Part shown: one piece after another, positions 1-12,132 of the stretch
Numbering within the stretch: the stretch's first letter is position 1
How the letters are laid out: the number at the start of each line of letters is the position of its first letter
Assembly (NCBI GenBank): GCA_002256025.1
Contig: NKIB01014017.1
Location: 1-48,335 of the forward strand
Direction: 5' to 3'
Length of the DNA stretch: 48,335 nucleotides
Source of the DNA: Asterionella formosa
Taxonomy: Eukaryota
The notes under the pieces: generated by a model
Seen by the model: the letters and a program-made list of their open reading frames with translations, nothing else
What the model was told of the DNA's origin: nothing
The model's database searches: none
Position numbers and translations under genes: made by a program

Positions 1-22
1 ATGTACAGATAGAAAAATATGC

Positions 23-235
23 ACTGTAAGCCACCGCTATGCAATAATCTTGGTGACTTTGGAAAAATTATTTCTTCATGGCTAGATACACTGAATCAAA
101 ACTGATTCCTTAATAGTATAGCAGAGAGCATTGTCTAACATAAGCTTTGTACTTGCGTCAAGTTTTGATCGTTGAATTACATAAATATTTTTAGTCGAAA
201 GATAGAGTAAAATAGCGGTGGCTTACAGTTTTTAA
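23..235. mobile_element. MITE-like element with 18-bp perfect terminal inverted repeat
   Basis: ACTGTAAGCCACCGCTAT (23-40) is the exact reverse complement of 212-229. The interior is AT-rich and non-coding. The same terminus recurs at 17302-17324. Confidence 0.7.
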
Positions 236-308
236 GTGGTAGCATGATGTGGCATGATCCTATCTACCTGTATGTGCTTCAGGTCGGATCCACAAGGGGA
301 CTACCAGC

Positions 309-336
309 ACCTGGTACCTGGTACCAGGTACCAGGT
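309..336. repeat. 28-bp perfect palindrome of CCTGGTA/TACCAGG heptamers
   Basis: ACCTGGTACCTGGT|ACCAGGTACCAGGT reads identically on both strands. Confidence 0.9.
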
Positions 337-868
337 ACCAGTACCGTTCGTAAATGATTGATATACCGCACAGATTCTAGGATTCTGTTCACATTGCCAT
401 ACAGTATGTTGCATTTTGAGAGAGTTTAAAATCGTCCAATCAAATATTCGATACCGTCATCAACAAACACGAACGTTGCTTGCTTTGTCGGAACCTTCAT
501 CATATTTTTATCAATATATATGAGTATATATTTGATATACATAGTCTCCATAAATATTAAACAAACACACATTTAAATATGTATATATACATACACAATG
601 ATTCGGTCAGCCATGAATCTCGATGGCTCGCCTGTGGTATGTAGCATGTACCAAATGTACGTCTTTTGTGGGCTGGCTCCCCATTGTCGCGATGATGCAT
701 GACCATTACCAGGAGACAGAAGCCCTGAATCAAATGATGGGACTACCGGGTGCTATGGCTGATTATTTGACAGTACACACGTCACGCGACTTCACTCTTT
801 GCTGACTTTGTTCCCTTAAGGCAAGTACAACTTCTTTTTCAAGACTAGCTCTTGTCTATAACTTCACT

Positions 869-2350
869 ATGGATACGACACTGGAAGCAACCCCTCTGTG
901 CGCAGACGCAGCTCGCCAGAAGCTGCAAGGCAGTTTGGCGCAAAAGCGAGTATCCTTGACTGCGGGAGAAGCTGCGTTCTTGAAGGCGCTCCTCCTTGAC
1001 CCAGTATCGCTTGACGACAGCGATCATGCGACCCAAATGGCTCAAGCTGCCAAACGTTTGGAAAATGACATGTTGTTTCATGTGCCATTCGCCGTTGAAC
1101 CACCGGCACAGCCTCCCAAATGCCGCCGCCCACAATCCAATTCCATTGGATTGTGGAAGGCATTCGCAGAGGGAGTGCACCCTAAACAATTGGTCAACGA
1201 AGCAGAAGAACGAGAGATGAGACGGTCCACTCTTAAAAAGCCATCGGATGAGGGGACTGACGACGCGGATTCGATCAAGTCGGATGAGGAAGTCAGGAAC
1301 AATGTGAGTCAGTACCAGGAAGACTTGCAGTATGAAAGTTGGGACGAAGACGAAACCGCTCCGGAACACTACGATGCGTGGGCAGTGCTCAAAGACGAGT
1401 ATGCCAAAGATTTTGGATTTGATTACAGTGCTAAAGTATTTACGGCGGAGGAGCTCGACAACGATGAGATCGGAAATAATTTCCGCATTCTCGGCACAAG
1501 TGTGGATGACGCATCGGCACAACCTCACGTCTTGTCGCCTCCACTCATGGATGCATTGATGAATTTCTTGCCTTCAACCCTTATGAATCAGAACTTCTGG
1601 CTCAAATTTAGTTTGGTCCGAGATGGAGCGAGCCTGGACACCTTTAAACGTTACGTACGAGGAGCCAAGCATACCATCTTGGCTATTGAAACGACCAAAG
1701 GACAAGTCTTTGGATCGTTCACCTCGGCTGCTTGGACAAACAATCCCGGGTACTATGGTACCGGAGAATCATTTCTCTGGAGAATGAGAAAGACACGTAA
1801 TAACAAAGTATACTCGCTGTTTGAGCAAGCACAGATGGAGAATGAAATTGATACCTTTCCGTTTTCCGGTAAGAATGAATTCGTGCAACTTTGTACACAT
1901 GACAGGATTGCTGTTGGCGGTGGGAAACTGGAAGCAAGTGCTACAGAATGGCTTGATACAACCATCGATTTTGGTGTCCAAACTAGTTTCGGACTTGCCA
2001 TTGATGATGACTTGCTAAATGGCACTACAAGCCCATGTGCTACCTTTCTCAATCCATGCCTTCTCAGCGAAACGTCGATAGATGAAACGTTCCAAATCGT
2101 TAACATGGAATGCTGGACCCTGACACCATGTTACTCGGTCCAAGAAGCTGAAAAGTTGGAGATGACCAAGTTCTTTGTGCAACAGTCGTCACGGAATGAA
2201 AAATTACTTTCAGGCGAGAGGTCGCAATTCTCCTCACAGGAGCTCATGCAGCCTGAGTTCTATCGTCGCGTTGGATCGAACGATCAAAGTCAAGAAGGTA
2301 GGGATCGCTGGCAGTATGCAGCCATGATGGGCACACAGGGATTGCGGTGA
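869..2350 (+). CDS. TLDc-domain protein (OXR1/NCOA7-like oxidation resistance family)
   Basis: 493-aa ORF. C-terminal half has TLDc motifs: FSLVRDGASLDTF, ILAIETTKGQVFGSF, YYGTGESFLW, IAVGGG, FGLAIDDDLLNGTTSPCATFLNPCL, F-I-NMECW. Confidence 0.9.
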   Translation: MDTTLEATPLCADAARQKLQGSLAQKRVSLTAGEAAFLKALLLDPVSLDDSDHATQMAQAAKRLENDMLFHVPFAVEPPAQPPKCRRPQSNSIGLWKAFAEGVHPKQLVNEAEEREMRRSTLKKPSDEGTDDADSIKSDEEVRNNVSQYQEDLQYESWDEDETAPEHYDAWAVLKDEYAKDFGFDYSAKVFTAEELDNDEIGNNFRILGTSVDDASAQPHVLSPPLMDALMNFLPSTLMNQNFWLKFSLVRDGASLDTFKRYVRGAKHTILAIETTKGQVFGSFTSAAWTNNPGYYGTGESFLWRMRKTRNNKVYSLFEQAQMENEIDTFPFSGKNEFVQLCTHDRIAVGGGKLEASATEWLDTTIDFGVQTSFGLAIDDDLLNGTTSPCATFLNPCLLSETSIDETFQIVNMECWTLTPCYSVQEAEKLEMTKFFVQQSSRNEKLLSGERSQFSSQELMQPEFYRRVGSNDQSQEGRDRWQYAAMMGTQGLR

Positions 2351-3465
2351 GTGGAATAATATTATTTGGTTCAGTCCTCTTGCTGTCATTCTCGGCGACC
2401 AGGTAGAATAGGATTGATCGAGGTGCAGGTTACGGTGGTATTTATCCTTTCTATTTTTATACATCCATATATTATTAAGAATAATGTATTGTCAGTCTAT
2501 TTCATAGTTCTGCCATAGTTGTTACCAGGTAATCTACCAGTAGTCCACCAGATACCGGTACTTTGAACTTTACTTCCCATTATTCCGAATTGAAGCTTCA
2601 AAAGAACAATTCCTCAGACACTGGGTCATCATGCAGCCAGATGATATGCGAATACCGATAATACTCGCTCCCATGTTGTGCGAGACTTCACCTTACACAC
2701 AGTGACGCTTGCTTCAACTTGTAATGCTGTAATGATACTGTAAATCCTGTAGGAGTAAATACCTGGTACGCCTTGCTGGTAACAACCGATCCTGGTCTAA
2801 TTTTTTTTTTATCATGCTGCAGCTGGCTGCCTCAAATCAGAATAACCCGGTTTTTAAAATATTTTGTTAAGAACAGCCTGCCGGTATCATGTACTCCTAT
2901 AGTACCAGGTACCGGTACTTTGATGCATGATAGGTTTACCTGGTCCCAGCATACCGGTACTGGCTGCTGCTGGTTCGTATTTTTTAGCATGGCATGCATC
3001 GGCTCATGTTCTTATGCATGTACGACTAAATAGGATCGCAAGAAGTCTATGTATTGGTACCGGTACTCCCTCTATTGGTAGCTGATTGGTCAGTTTGGTC
3101 CCGAAGAAGGTTGCTGAACTCTGTAACGGTACCAGGTACTGTATAATATGACGCCGAATGTGTTTCTTGATTTGCGGATTTTAGCTACATAGCTGAGATA
3201 CCGGTATGTTGCTTCTTCCTTGGTTTTTTCCTAATGTGCGTACCAGCAACTTGCTTTGACTTCGATTTTTCATGATTGCTGAGCATAGGATCACGTGATC
3301 CAAAAATAACCGAATTCTAAGTAACGAGAACCATCACATTTATATATACACCAGTATACAAAAGAAAGCAATGAACAGGAACCATCACATAGCATATTAA
3401 ACAACGATAGCAAAAACACATCCAATATAATTTTGCAAGACTTCATTATTCCAACATCCACAATC

Positions 3466-5169
3466 ATGCTACCACAAAAGATTCTTCGTTATCTAATTAG
3501 CCCTCCAGGTTTACCGAAAGAAACTTTTCGAAAAATTTCCTCCTCGACCATCACTTGGAATCGTAGCATTTCAGCAATACCCAAGCTTCTCGAACCCGAC
3601 CTTAGTGATGATCATGAGCACAGCTCGGCTGTCCGAGTCAAAAATGAGCATACCAATCGTGTCCGAAAAGAGACCCCTGTAATGAAAAAAGTTGGGATTC
3701 AACCAAATTTTTACGCTGAAAAACGCTCGTTACCGCTGTCAGAACACTCCGATGAATCAGACTCAACTTCGCCATTACACCTCAGTTATGTCGGAAGCAA
3801 AACGATTCCAATAACTTCAAAGCTACACATTGTAAATTCCCAAGAGGACACTCCCAGTGGTGTCTGGCCGGTATTTCGAATGATGGTAGGTGATTCTAAT
3901 TCAACACAGTTGACTCCTCTCTCACAACTGACACTTCTTTCCCCCGTCTCCATCCCGCAGGACGAGAATGGGATTTTTCGCGAATCGCAATGTGAGTCCT
4001 TTCCAAATGTGAAGGGAGGAGACCTTGTTGCGCTACGCAAAATTTTAATGCAATACCATCCCTCCCTTGGCAACGAATTCTCTCAGAACCCACTTCTGCA
4101 GTCGGCTGTCAATGAGTATCCCGATATCGCAACAAAGAATACGCTTCTTCGCGCCCACCGCCAAATGATTAGATTTCGCGAGATGGATAAAATGCTTGAA
4201 AGCTCACAGCGTCAAGGGAGAATCAGTTTTTATATGACTTCCCGTGGCGAAGAAGCCATTCACATAGGAGCAGCAGCTGCACTCAATCTCAATGACATCG
4301 TCTTGGCTCAATACCGTGAAGCAGGCGTCCTCATGTGGCGTGGCTTTAATCTAGAGCAATTCACCAACCAATGCTTCTCCAATGACCTTGATCTAGGTAA
4401 AGGCCGTCAAATGCCAATACACTATGGAAGTCGTGCACTAAACTATCTTACCATTTCATCGCCACTGGGAACGCAACTCACTCAAGCTGTTGGAGTTGCG
4501 TATCGCCTAAAGCTGCAAAAGAAACCCAACATTGCCATTTGTTTCTTTGGAGACGGCTCTTCTTCGAGCATAGACTTTCATTCCGCTTGCAACTTTGCTG
4601 CGACGCTAAAAGTGCCAATCATTTTCTTTTGCCGCAACAATGGTTTCGCCATTAGCACTCCTGTCGATGAACAGTATGCTGGCGATGGAATCGTTTCCAG
4701 AGCACCTGGATATGGTATGGCTGGTATTCGAGTCGATGGCAATGACATTTTTGCAGTGAGTGCGGTAGTGAAAGCAGCAAAAGAATACGTGCTGGCCAAC
4801 TCTGCCCCAATTATGATAGAGGCCATGACCTATCGCCAAGGCTCCCACAGTACGTCAGACGACTCGACGTTATACCGTAATGTCATGGATGTCGAGAAAA
4901 TTGCGGAATTTGCAGACCCAGTCAAGCGTTTGGAGGCTTTTTTGACTCAGATTGGATGGGTGGACTCGGATTCTTTGGCAGCTGCAAGAGAAGAAGAAAA
5001 GAAAGCTGTCCTGAACGCCGTTATGACTGCCCAGCAACGACCTTCGCCCCCCTTGAAGTTTCTCTTTCAAGATGTTTATCACCAAGTGCCAAATCATTTG
5101 AGAGAGGAAGAAGAAGGACTTCGCCGACACATTGCCAAGTATCCCGATAACTACGAAACGAGCACTTAG
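3466..5169 (+). CDS. BCKDHA: Branched-chain 2-oxoacid dehydrogenase E1 alpha subunit, mitochondrial; probable intron 3886-3960
   Basis: Motifs QRQGRISFY, GEEA, QYREAG, GKGRQMPIHYGS, ISSPLGTQL, the TPP-binding GDG...NN motif, and HSTSDDS. First ATG at 3466. Removing GTAGGT...CCCGCAG restores PVFRMM|DENG. Confidence 0.93.
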   Translation: MLPQKILRYLISPPGLPKETFRKISSSTITWNRSISAIPKLLEPDLSDDHEHSSAVRVKNEHTNRVRKETPVMKKVGIQPNFYAEKRSLPLSEHSDESDSTSPLHLSYVGSKTIPITSKLHIVNSQEDTPSGVWPVFRMMVGDSNSTQLTPLSQLTLLSPVSIPQDENGIFRESQCESFPNVKGGDLVALRKILMQYHPSLGNEFSQNPLLQSAVNEYPDIATKNTLLRAHRQMIRFREMDKMLESSQRQGRISFYMTSRGEEAIHIGAAAALNLNDIVLAQYREAGVLMWRGFNLEQFTNQCFSNDLDLGKGRQMPIHYGSRALNYLTISSPLGTQLTQAVGVAYRLKLQKKPNIAICFFGDGSSSSIDFHSACNFAATLKVPIIFFCRNNGFAISTPVDEQYAGDGIVSRAPGYGMAGIRVDGNDIFAVSAVVKAAKEYVLANSAPIMIEAMTYRQGSHSTSDDSTLYRNVMDVEKIAEFADPVKRLEAFLTQIGWVDSDSLAAAREEEKKAVLNAVMTAQQRPSPPLKFLFQDVYHQVPNHLREEEEGLRRHIAKYPDNYETST

Positions 5170-5639
5170 GCAAGCGACGATGGAATTAAGAAATTGTTGA
5201 AAGGCGTGCTGCGTATGTAGTAGTTGGAGAAATTACCATATTTTAGAAACGTCCCGGTATGAAATTACCTTCCATATATTACGCATTGAATCAAATGAAT
5301 CAAAAGGAAGACAAAGATCAGAACTTGAAAACAATCAGCACTTCAGTACCACAGTAAAACTCAAAATTCAATTAAATCTTTTAGGAATGATTACAATCAA
5401 TCGCTGTCACAATGTTCTTCATATCTACAGCCTATTTGATCCCTGACATATCCTGAAGGGTTCCAAGAGAGCAATAGAAGGCTTCGGGATGCAATTTCAA
5501 CAGATTTAATAGAATTAACTGACCAGGGAGTGCTGCAAAACAAGAAACAACATCAGGTGGACCAAGGAGAGTCCAAAGACAAGAATTGAGTACCAAACTA
5601 TTCAAAATCTGAAGAAGTCGCAAAAGTCGCAAAATGAAT

Positions 5640-8260
5640 GGTAAAGGAGTGTTTACCAAGAAGGCTCATACCAAGAAAGGCAAGTTCCAAGCAAAGGGAG
5701 GGAGCAATAAGAATGCATTGTGTATCAACAAGGAAGTCCATTAATGGCAACAACTACTGCCTTGGAATGGCAAAGCAGGCATCTGCTTATGAAATTACTA
5801 CAGAGTGCATGATCAACTATATCAAGAAAATGCTTGACTATGGCAATGACAAAGGAACCACACTTGAGTTATTAGAACCAATGATGATCACATTGTCCTG
5901 GAAGCAAGCCAAGAATACAGGTCAACCTTCCAGCTACAGATGAAGATTGTGCCACTGAGAATTGTCAATATGAAATCTATTTCAAGGCTGCTTATGACGC
6001 CTATGTAAAAAGGGTAAAGACCTATGAAAACAGTAATACTAAGGCATATGCATTGCTATGGGAAAGATGCAACAAGGCCATGAAAACGAAGTTTGAAGCA
6101 AGATTGGATTACATTAAAATCAAGAATAACGCAATAATATTTCTTATTGCAATAAAAGAACACGCACTGAATTATCAGGAGCGAGTATAGATATTCAATA
6201 CTATCGATCATTTTAGATGCAATGAGAATGCTTTCTACAAGCAGAGGAAAGGAGAGAATCTACCACAAGATTATACCAACTGGTTTTGTGTGGCATGAGA
6301 CATGCTTGAATCGCACATTGGAGGACCTATAATCCTAACCAAGTTTTTTGAAGGCATGGATAGCTATGAAGAGATGTATACCAAGATGCAAGACAAAATA
6401 TTAGAACAGGCTCTCAGTCAATTTGTTGCCTATTTATCCCTTGACAATGCGGATACTAAGCAAGGCCAAATACAGATCAATTCTGACCGGTTTTCATAAT
6501 CAATAGTTGCTTGGCAATGATCAATACCCAAATAGTACCACCAAGTCAAACAATGCTCTTAGTTATCATAGATTTGATGAAAGAACTAAGCCCAGCAGTC
6601 GTAAGAATTCAGGAGATCATTATAAAGATAGGTGTCAAAAGGATGAAGGGAAGGAAGAAGAAGATGTGAACTTGTCAGTCACACAATAAGAAGGGAAATT
6701 TTACAGCTGTGGAAAAGAAGGACACAAATCACCATCATGTTTTGAGACGAATAAGTCCAAATAAGAATGGGCAATCAACAAACACGACATCAGACACAAG
6801 TATGGTTACCTCTGTCACTTCCAACCCCATATCTTTACAAGCTTCATAACAAGCAAATGACAATCAAATTGGATGGGCAGGAACTCATATGATCAAACTA
6901 TTTTTATCAAGCATCTCAGATGCGTGACTGGATAACCTTAGACAATCAATTAAGTGTAACAATCTTTGCCATTCAAAAAAGGTCAAGAACAACATTCAAG
7001 TTTCTACCAACGGAAGCATGCACCTCGCCATAAACGATGGATCAATTGTCATTTATGTGAAGACTGATCTTCCATAATGATGCGAAGTTGGTTTAAACGA
7101 AAAGGCAATAACAAGCATCTTTAGTCATGCCGAAATGGCAAATAGGTACAGGATCAATTATGACTCTGAAAAGGAAGATGCATTTATTGTTCATTTTCCC
7201 AACAAACCTGTTCGATTCAAAAGAGTTGAAATGAATCCATAAGTATTCAAGCCTACCACATCTATGATAGCTGAAAATGCCTCAATGTTGAATACTGTTG
7301 ATAAAAACAAAATTTTCTACACACAACATCAAATTGAGAGAGCCAAGCAAGCTTGTGACCTGAATCATCGACTTATGATTTCAAGGCAATACTTTGTATG
7401 AATACAATCAAAATCAACCCTGTGACTAACAATGACACCAAGATTGCCGAGAAAATTTCGGACCAGATATTGGAACACTAAAATGCAAGACAACTTGTCA
7501 CAAACCGCTGCCAGTTTTTAATCACTATGTCGATTCTTTGCATGGATAGGACGAAAGTGAATGGACAATGCTTACTTACAACAATTTCGCGAAAGATTAA
7601 GTAAAGAACAGCGCAATGGGTCAAAAGTCAGATAGCAGATGTCTATTGAGATGCTTTGACTCAGGTATTCAGTATTCATAACACTGGAAGATTTAGAATA
7701 ACAACAATCCACTGTGACAACAACGAGTTTCATACTTTAATGGAACTACTTTCCAATAAATTTCAAGTAACTATGAATTACGCAAACCCACAAGATCATG
7801 TTCCTGGAGCGCAACGAAACAATGGTTTGATTAAAGAAGGCGTACGCACAGGTTATTACCGATTGCCTTTCAAGCATTTGCCGCGGGTGATGATTAAGAT
7901 TCTAGTCACAGAATCTGCAAAGAAACTGAATTTCTTTCTGGAAAAGAACAGGATATCCCTGTATTGCAGTCTACATATGATCCAACATCAACGAAGATTG
8001 GACTATGCTTAACATTGCCAATATGCATTTGGCACTTATTTCCAAGCACATGACGAGCCTGTGTTTTCAAAAAAAAATTCAACACTCAGCATAGATTGCA
8101 TTTATTTTTGCTACAACAACAATGCGCATGGAGTTCATGAGCTAATAAACCTCCAAACAAATTCGCTGATCACTAGACGAACAGTTTACCCAATAAATCA
8201 AGTGCACGCCATTGCTGAGCAGGAGAAGATGCCAGATAGTCTCAAGATATTTAGATCATG
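5640..8260 (+). mobile_element. Decayed Ty1/copia (CoDi-like) LTR retrotransposon gag-pol remnant, truncated before RT
   Basis: Fragmented frames in copia order: Gag-like AYALLWERCNKAMK, degenerate zinc knuckle YSCGKEGHKSPSC (~6700), protease-like WITLDNQ (~6930), integrase IHCDNNEF...NPQDHVPGAQRNNGLIKEGVR (7656-8012). Many stops and frameshifts. LTRs not identified. Confidence 0.8.
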
Positions 8261-8479
8261 ACTGCTGTTCTCCATTTCTGTAGCAAGTGACATCCAAGAG
8301 GGTCTGAGATCATTGGCGAGAAAAATTAGTAGGATTCTCTGTGTTTGCCCCCGCCCGTTTGGCAGCCATTCTACCATGGCTTCCTCTCAATCAATACTAG
8401 TATAGCTAGCTAATGAAAACCGTAATTAGATGAAATGTGACTTCCGGTTTCTACTATTTTACATTGTTGCACTACTGAA

Positions 8480-8650
8480 AATTGAATCCATAAATGGGCA
8501 TTCAACTTGTGCTTCTTGCATTTTTGCAGTATAGACTGGCTGGTTGGCGATAGGCCAAAGTGTCTGGCTTTTCATGAACATCTACAAAGTACTAGTGCTT
8601 TTGTCAAGTTTTGTGTCTAAATCCATCTGCTGCCATCCATTGAACCATTC
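8480..8650 (-). mobile_element. DNA transposase fragment (probably Tc1/mariner superfamily)
   Basis: Minus strand reads VQWMAADGFRHKT*QKH*YFVDVHEKPDTLAYR...NAHLWIQ, resembling the W..LGF...Y.DGHE.PD...YR motif of a eukaryotic transposase group. In-frame stops are present. Confidence 0.45.
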
Positions 8651-8751
8651 CAGATGCGTCAAAGAATACGCTTCTGTCGTCAAAGGTAAGGAACTAGTAC
8701 GATGACAAAGGAAATCTGATGAGACATGAAAATTACGAAACGAGAATCAGC

Positions 8752-9384
8752 CACTCTGTTACTATAAATAGACAGTCTCATGCTTCTTTGTGCATATCGC
8801 CTGCTATACTGAGTTTCAATTCTAGATGTGTTACAAAGAAGTAGATTGTGCTGTTCTATAATGGATGTTGTTAAGCTATAATTGAGGTTTTAACACTGAT
8901 TGATGCTCTGGTGACAGACCGGAAATATTTGTCTTGTGTAATGAGCCATTTCGTTTTCATTGGATATCTTGCTTTTCAAGCTCTTAACAGATTGCATACA
9001 AACATACTGTGCACTGTCGATGATGATTCATTGAAGACATATGATGACTTGGATGACAAATGAAGATTTTATCATAAACACTTGTTCCTCTCGACATGGC
9101 TACTTTGTCGTTGTTGCAAGAATCAGAGTGAGGACTGGAGAGGATGATGAGCCAAACCACATTACTTTAGCTGTTACGACATTGTTATCCTACCAAGAAA
9201 TTCAAATTCAGCAATCTAATAGAAAAAATACATATAATAATTAAATATACATAGTCAAAAGGGTTACTATTTAAATTACAAGGGCATTTATCAAAATTAT
9301 TAGATGATACAACGAAAAAATAATGATCAGATGATCATAATCCTATGATGCATCATAGGAATATGATGGTTTTTATTTGCAGAC
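8752..9384 (+). repeat. Dispersed ~0.65-kb repeat, copy 1 (transposon end)
   Basis: Colinear and highly similar to 18793-19464, e.g. shared CTGATTGATGCTCTGGTGACAGACCGGAAATATTTGTCTTGTGT. Both copies end at TTTATTTGCAGAC. Confidence 0.9.
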
Positions 9385-10241
9385 GTCATCACACCAGCAT
9401 AATTAAATAAATTTTCCAATTTCTAGCATTCATTTTTTCGCTTTCACATTTTTCTTTGATATCAACTGCCAAAGAAGCAACATCACATTTGTTGGTGCTG
9501 ATACCTGCATCCACCACAAAAAAAATTTGCCACTTTAGTCAATCCATTCTCAGTGTTGATAAATAACTATTTGCACATCATTTGCTTTAAGTTATCAAGT
9601 TATTGATATTTTCTTGGTCTTTTTTATTGTTCAGCTACTGTGAAAGATTCATATCTGTTTGAAACATTGTTGTTTTGAATTGTGTATGCATCTCAAGATG
9701 ACATTAAAAATTTGTCATCAGTGACTTGATTTTACGTTGAAAATATTATTGATTTCATTACAATAATTCTTTTACATTTTCATTGTCTATGTTAGTACTC
9801 CCTCCATGACATGTATTAATTTGAAATTGGATTACCAAAACTATTGTTGGCATGACAAAGGCTTACGTAGATCTGTCGCTACGATGCAAAATTAGTGCAT
9901 TTCCTTGACTGCAGGTAGTACCTGTTACCCGTAGCGTATTTGAAAGAGATGATTGGTTTGTTTACCGGTGGGGGTGGTGGGTCATCCTTCTGCTGCAAAA
10001 AGATATTATTCGTCGATGAAAGATTCCCCCCCCCCCAAAATACGTAAACATTTATATAATGTGTATAATTACAACAGATCGACAATTGTGTTCCATTCCT
10101 GATTTTACATAAAATTAAACATTTTTTTTATGTGGAGCACTTTTAACATTTTACTTGCAACCGACACATCACACCATTCGGAGCTTGTCGTTAGCTATTG
10201 CTCGTTATTCTGCGAGAGCAAGGACTTCAAATACATCGAGA

Positions 10242-11657
10242 ATGCTGCTCCATAGAAGCTTGAGCCAGGAGAGCGACAATAGCGCCAACAAGCGCCTCCG
10301 CTTGAAGCAGCGAACAACGTCAATCGACAACGTCACTGACATTACTTTTCAAACATGGTGGTCCCTTCGCGACCTCATCAAAGCGCGGGAGTATTGGATT
10401 ACTGTAGATCATTCCAGTCTCTGGAAAAGACACGTTTGCTGGGCGTTAACTGACGGTGCTGATTTACGAGGCTATCTCACCTCCCGGTTTGCGTCGAGCA
10501 TGGTGTTCATGAGTCTGTTGATGGGTGCGGAATTATCTGTACTCTTTAATTCGGCAGGCATCACCACTGACATACGCGAATCGCTCAAGTCAGAAGAAGT
10601 CTTCACTTTGAAGTTCTGGATTGGGATCGGGTTGGTGGTGTCCATCATTTTCTCGTTGTTCAGTTTGATTGCAACGTACACGGCGTGGGGGATGGTGTCC
10701 GCCGTCTCAAACGAGAATGCTCACTGCGTCCTTCGTTCTTCGATTGGATTGTATGTGACGGAGTTGCCAAGCAGGTTCATTGTGGCATCCATTTACTCAT
10801 TTTTAGTGTGGTTCTTGCTTTTTATCTGCATGCTACTCCCCTTCGGTTTCTGGTCGGTGATGCTGGTTGTGAGTGTTGTCTTCGTATTTGTCCATGTAAT
10901 GATTGTCTACTCCGCCTTCGGAAGATTGATCATGCACACCGGAGCCATGGGAAAAGATCGAGTCTTCGAAGAGAAATTTGAAAGGAATCTCTTCCCACGG
11001 TCTCTTCAGGCAAATCTCTACACTAAGGCCAAGGCAGAGCTGGCCAATAATACCAGCGTCTCACGACAATACCGACGGGAGCTGAGACCGTTGAGTCAGG
11101 AAATGACTGTGGAGGAAATGAGTAAAGTGTTGATAAAGAAGACAGCTGTCGGTCATGACACAACTTCGGCTGTAATGAATCATGGCAAGCCCAGGGAATC
11201 GGTAGTTCGCTTCGCAGATAGTCTTTTGACCACATCTGATATTCGAGCGCATATTGCAGATACAATTGATCCAAATGGCATGCAATTTTCGCGATTGGGA
11301 CCTCTTGGAAAAGTAGAAGAATCAAATAATTCCGTTCTTTCGTTAAATTTCGAAGATGAAGAAAATCAGAGTGCTTCACGCTCTAGCTCACCCCTCTTAC
11401 CTCATCCTCTCTCCAACTTGACGCTGGACTCCGCTGATGACGTTTCATTTGAAGTAGGTACAAGCCCAACGTCACGTTTAAGACGCGATTCTTCTGAAAA
11501 TTTTAGGCTGGAATACCAAAAACTTTTTGGTGAAACGCCAGAACAGTGTACCCTTCCCTTGGAAATGGTTGACCAAGCGCACGAGGAGGAACATTTGTTA
11601 ACCAACAATAGCGCCCAAGGAAGAACCATAAACTATGGGGCTTCAGGGAACGCGTGA
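10242..11657 (+). CDS. Uncharacterised multi-pass membrane protein with disordered C-terminal tail
   Basis: Long ORF with first ATG at 10242. About four hydrophobic segments (SMVFMSLLMGAELSVLF; FWIGIGLVVSIIFSLFSLIA; FIVASIYSFLVWFLLFICMLL; FWSVMLVVSVVFVFVHVMIVY) and a Ser-rich tail. Confidence 0.8.
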   Translation: MLLHRSLSQESDNSANKRLRLKQRTTSIDNVTDITFQTWWSLRDLIKAREYWITVDHSSLWKRHVCWALTDGADLRGYLTSRFASSMVFMSLLMGAELSVLFNSAGITTDIRESLKSEEVFTLKFWIGIGLVVSIIFSLFSLIATYTAWGMVSAVSNENAHCVLRSSIGLYVTELPSRFIVASIYSFLVWFLLFICMLLPFGFWSVMLVVSVVFVFVHVMIVYSAFGRLIMHTGAMGKDRVFEEKFERNLFPRSLQANLYTKAKAELANNTSVSRQYRRELRPLSQEMTVEEMSKVLIKKTAVGHDTTSAVMNHGKPRESVVRFADSLLTTSDIRAHIADTIDPNGMQFSRLGPLGKVEESNNSVLSLNFEDEENQSASRSSSPLLPHPLSNLTLDSADDVSFEVGTSPTSRLRRDSSENFRLEYQKLFGETPEQCTLPLEMVDQAHEEEHLLTNNSAQGRTINYGASGNA

Positions 11658-12132
11658 AATCCTTCAAGGTAGTACATGGTACTGCATATGGGAAATTGTT
11701 GCATTTTCGACCACTATAGAAGCACAGATAGGTGTGTTCCTACATTTTGTATATGGATTTGCATAAAATGGAATAAGTAAAGTCAAGTAGAAAAAGCCAA
11801 CTAGGTAAAATGGCAACGCTTCGGTTTGCCGAGTGTCAAAAAAGTGTAATGCCATGAGCAATGTAGTTCTGCACATTATTCTTCGTGATATTGGTTGCTT
11901 CCAGATGTCATACTATCAGTCCATCAAGGGCCAAAGGACAGTTTTCCCCAGAATCTGTTTGGCTATCACTGTACGATGAAGCAATGATAACGTAACTACA
12001 CAGAAACCAAAAAAGGTGAACTTGCTTCTATTTATTGAAATGAATGGCAGAGGGTGTGATGTATTTAGTAGCAACTCTGCCTCTATGTGCCAGCATATTT
12101 AATGTTGGCTGTTTTATGTAATCCATAAGCAA

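Noticed and set aside
309..345. GGTACC repeats as a CRISPR array or cloning linker
   Set aside because: No spacers or cas genes, eukaryotic context, and the motif recurs in variable natural forms across the window.
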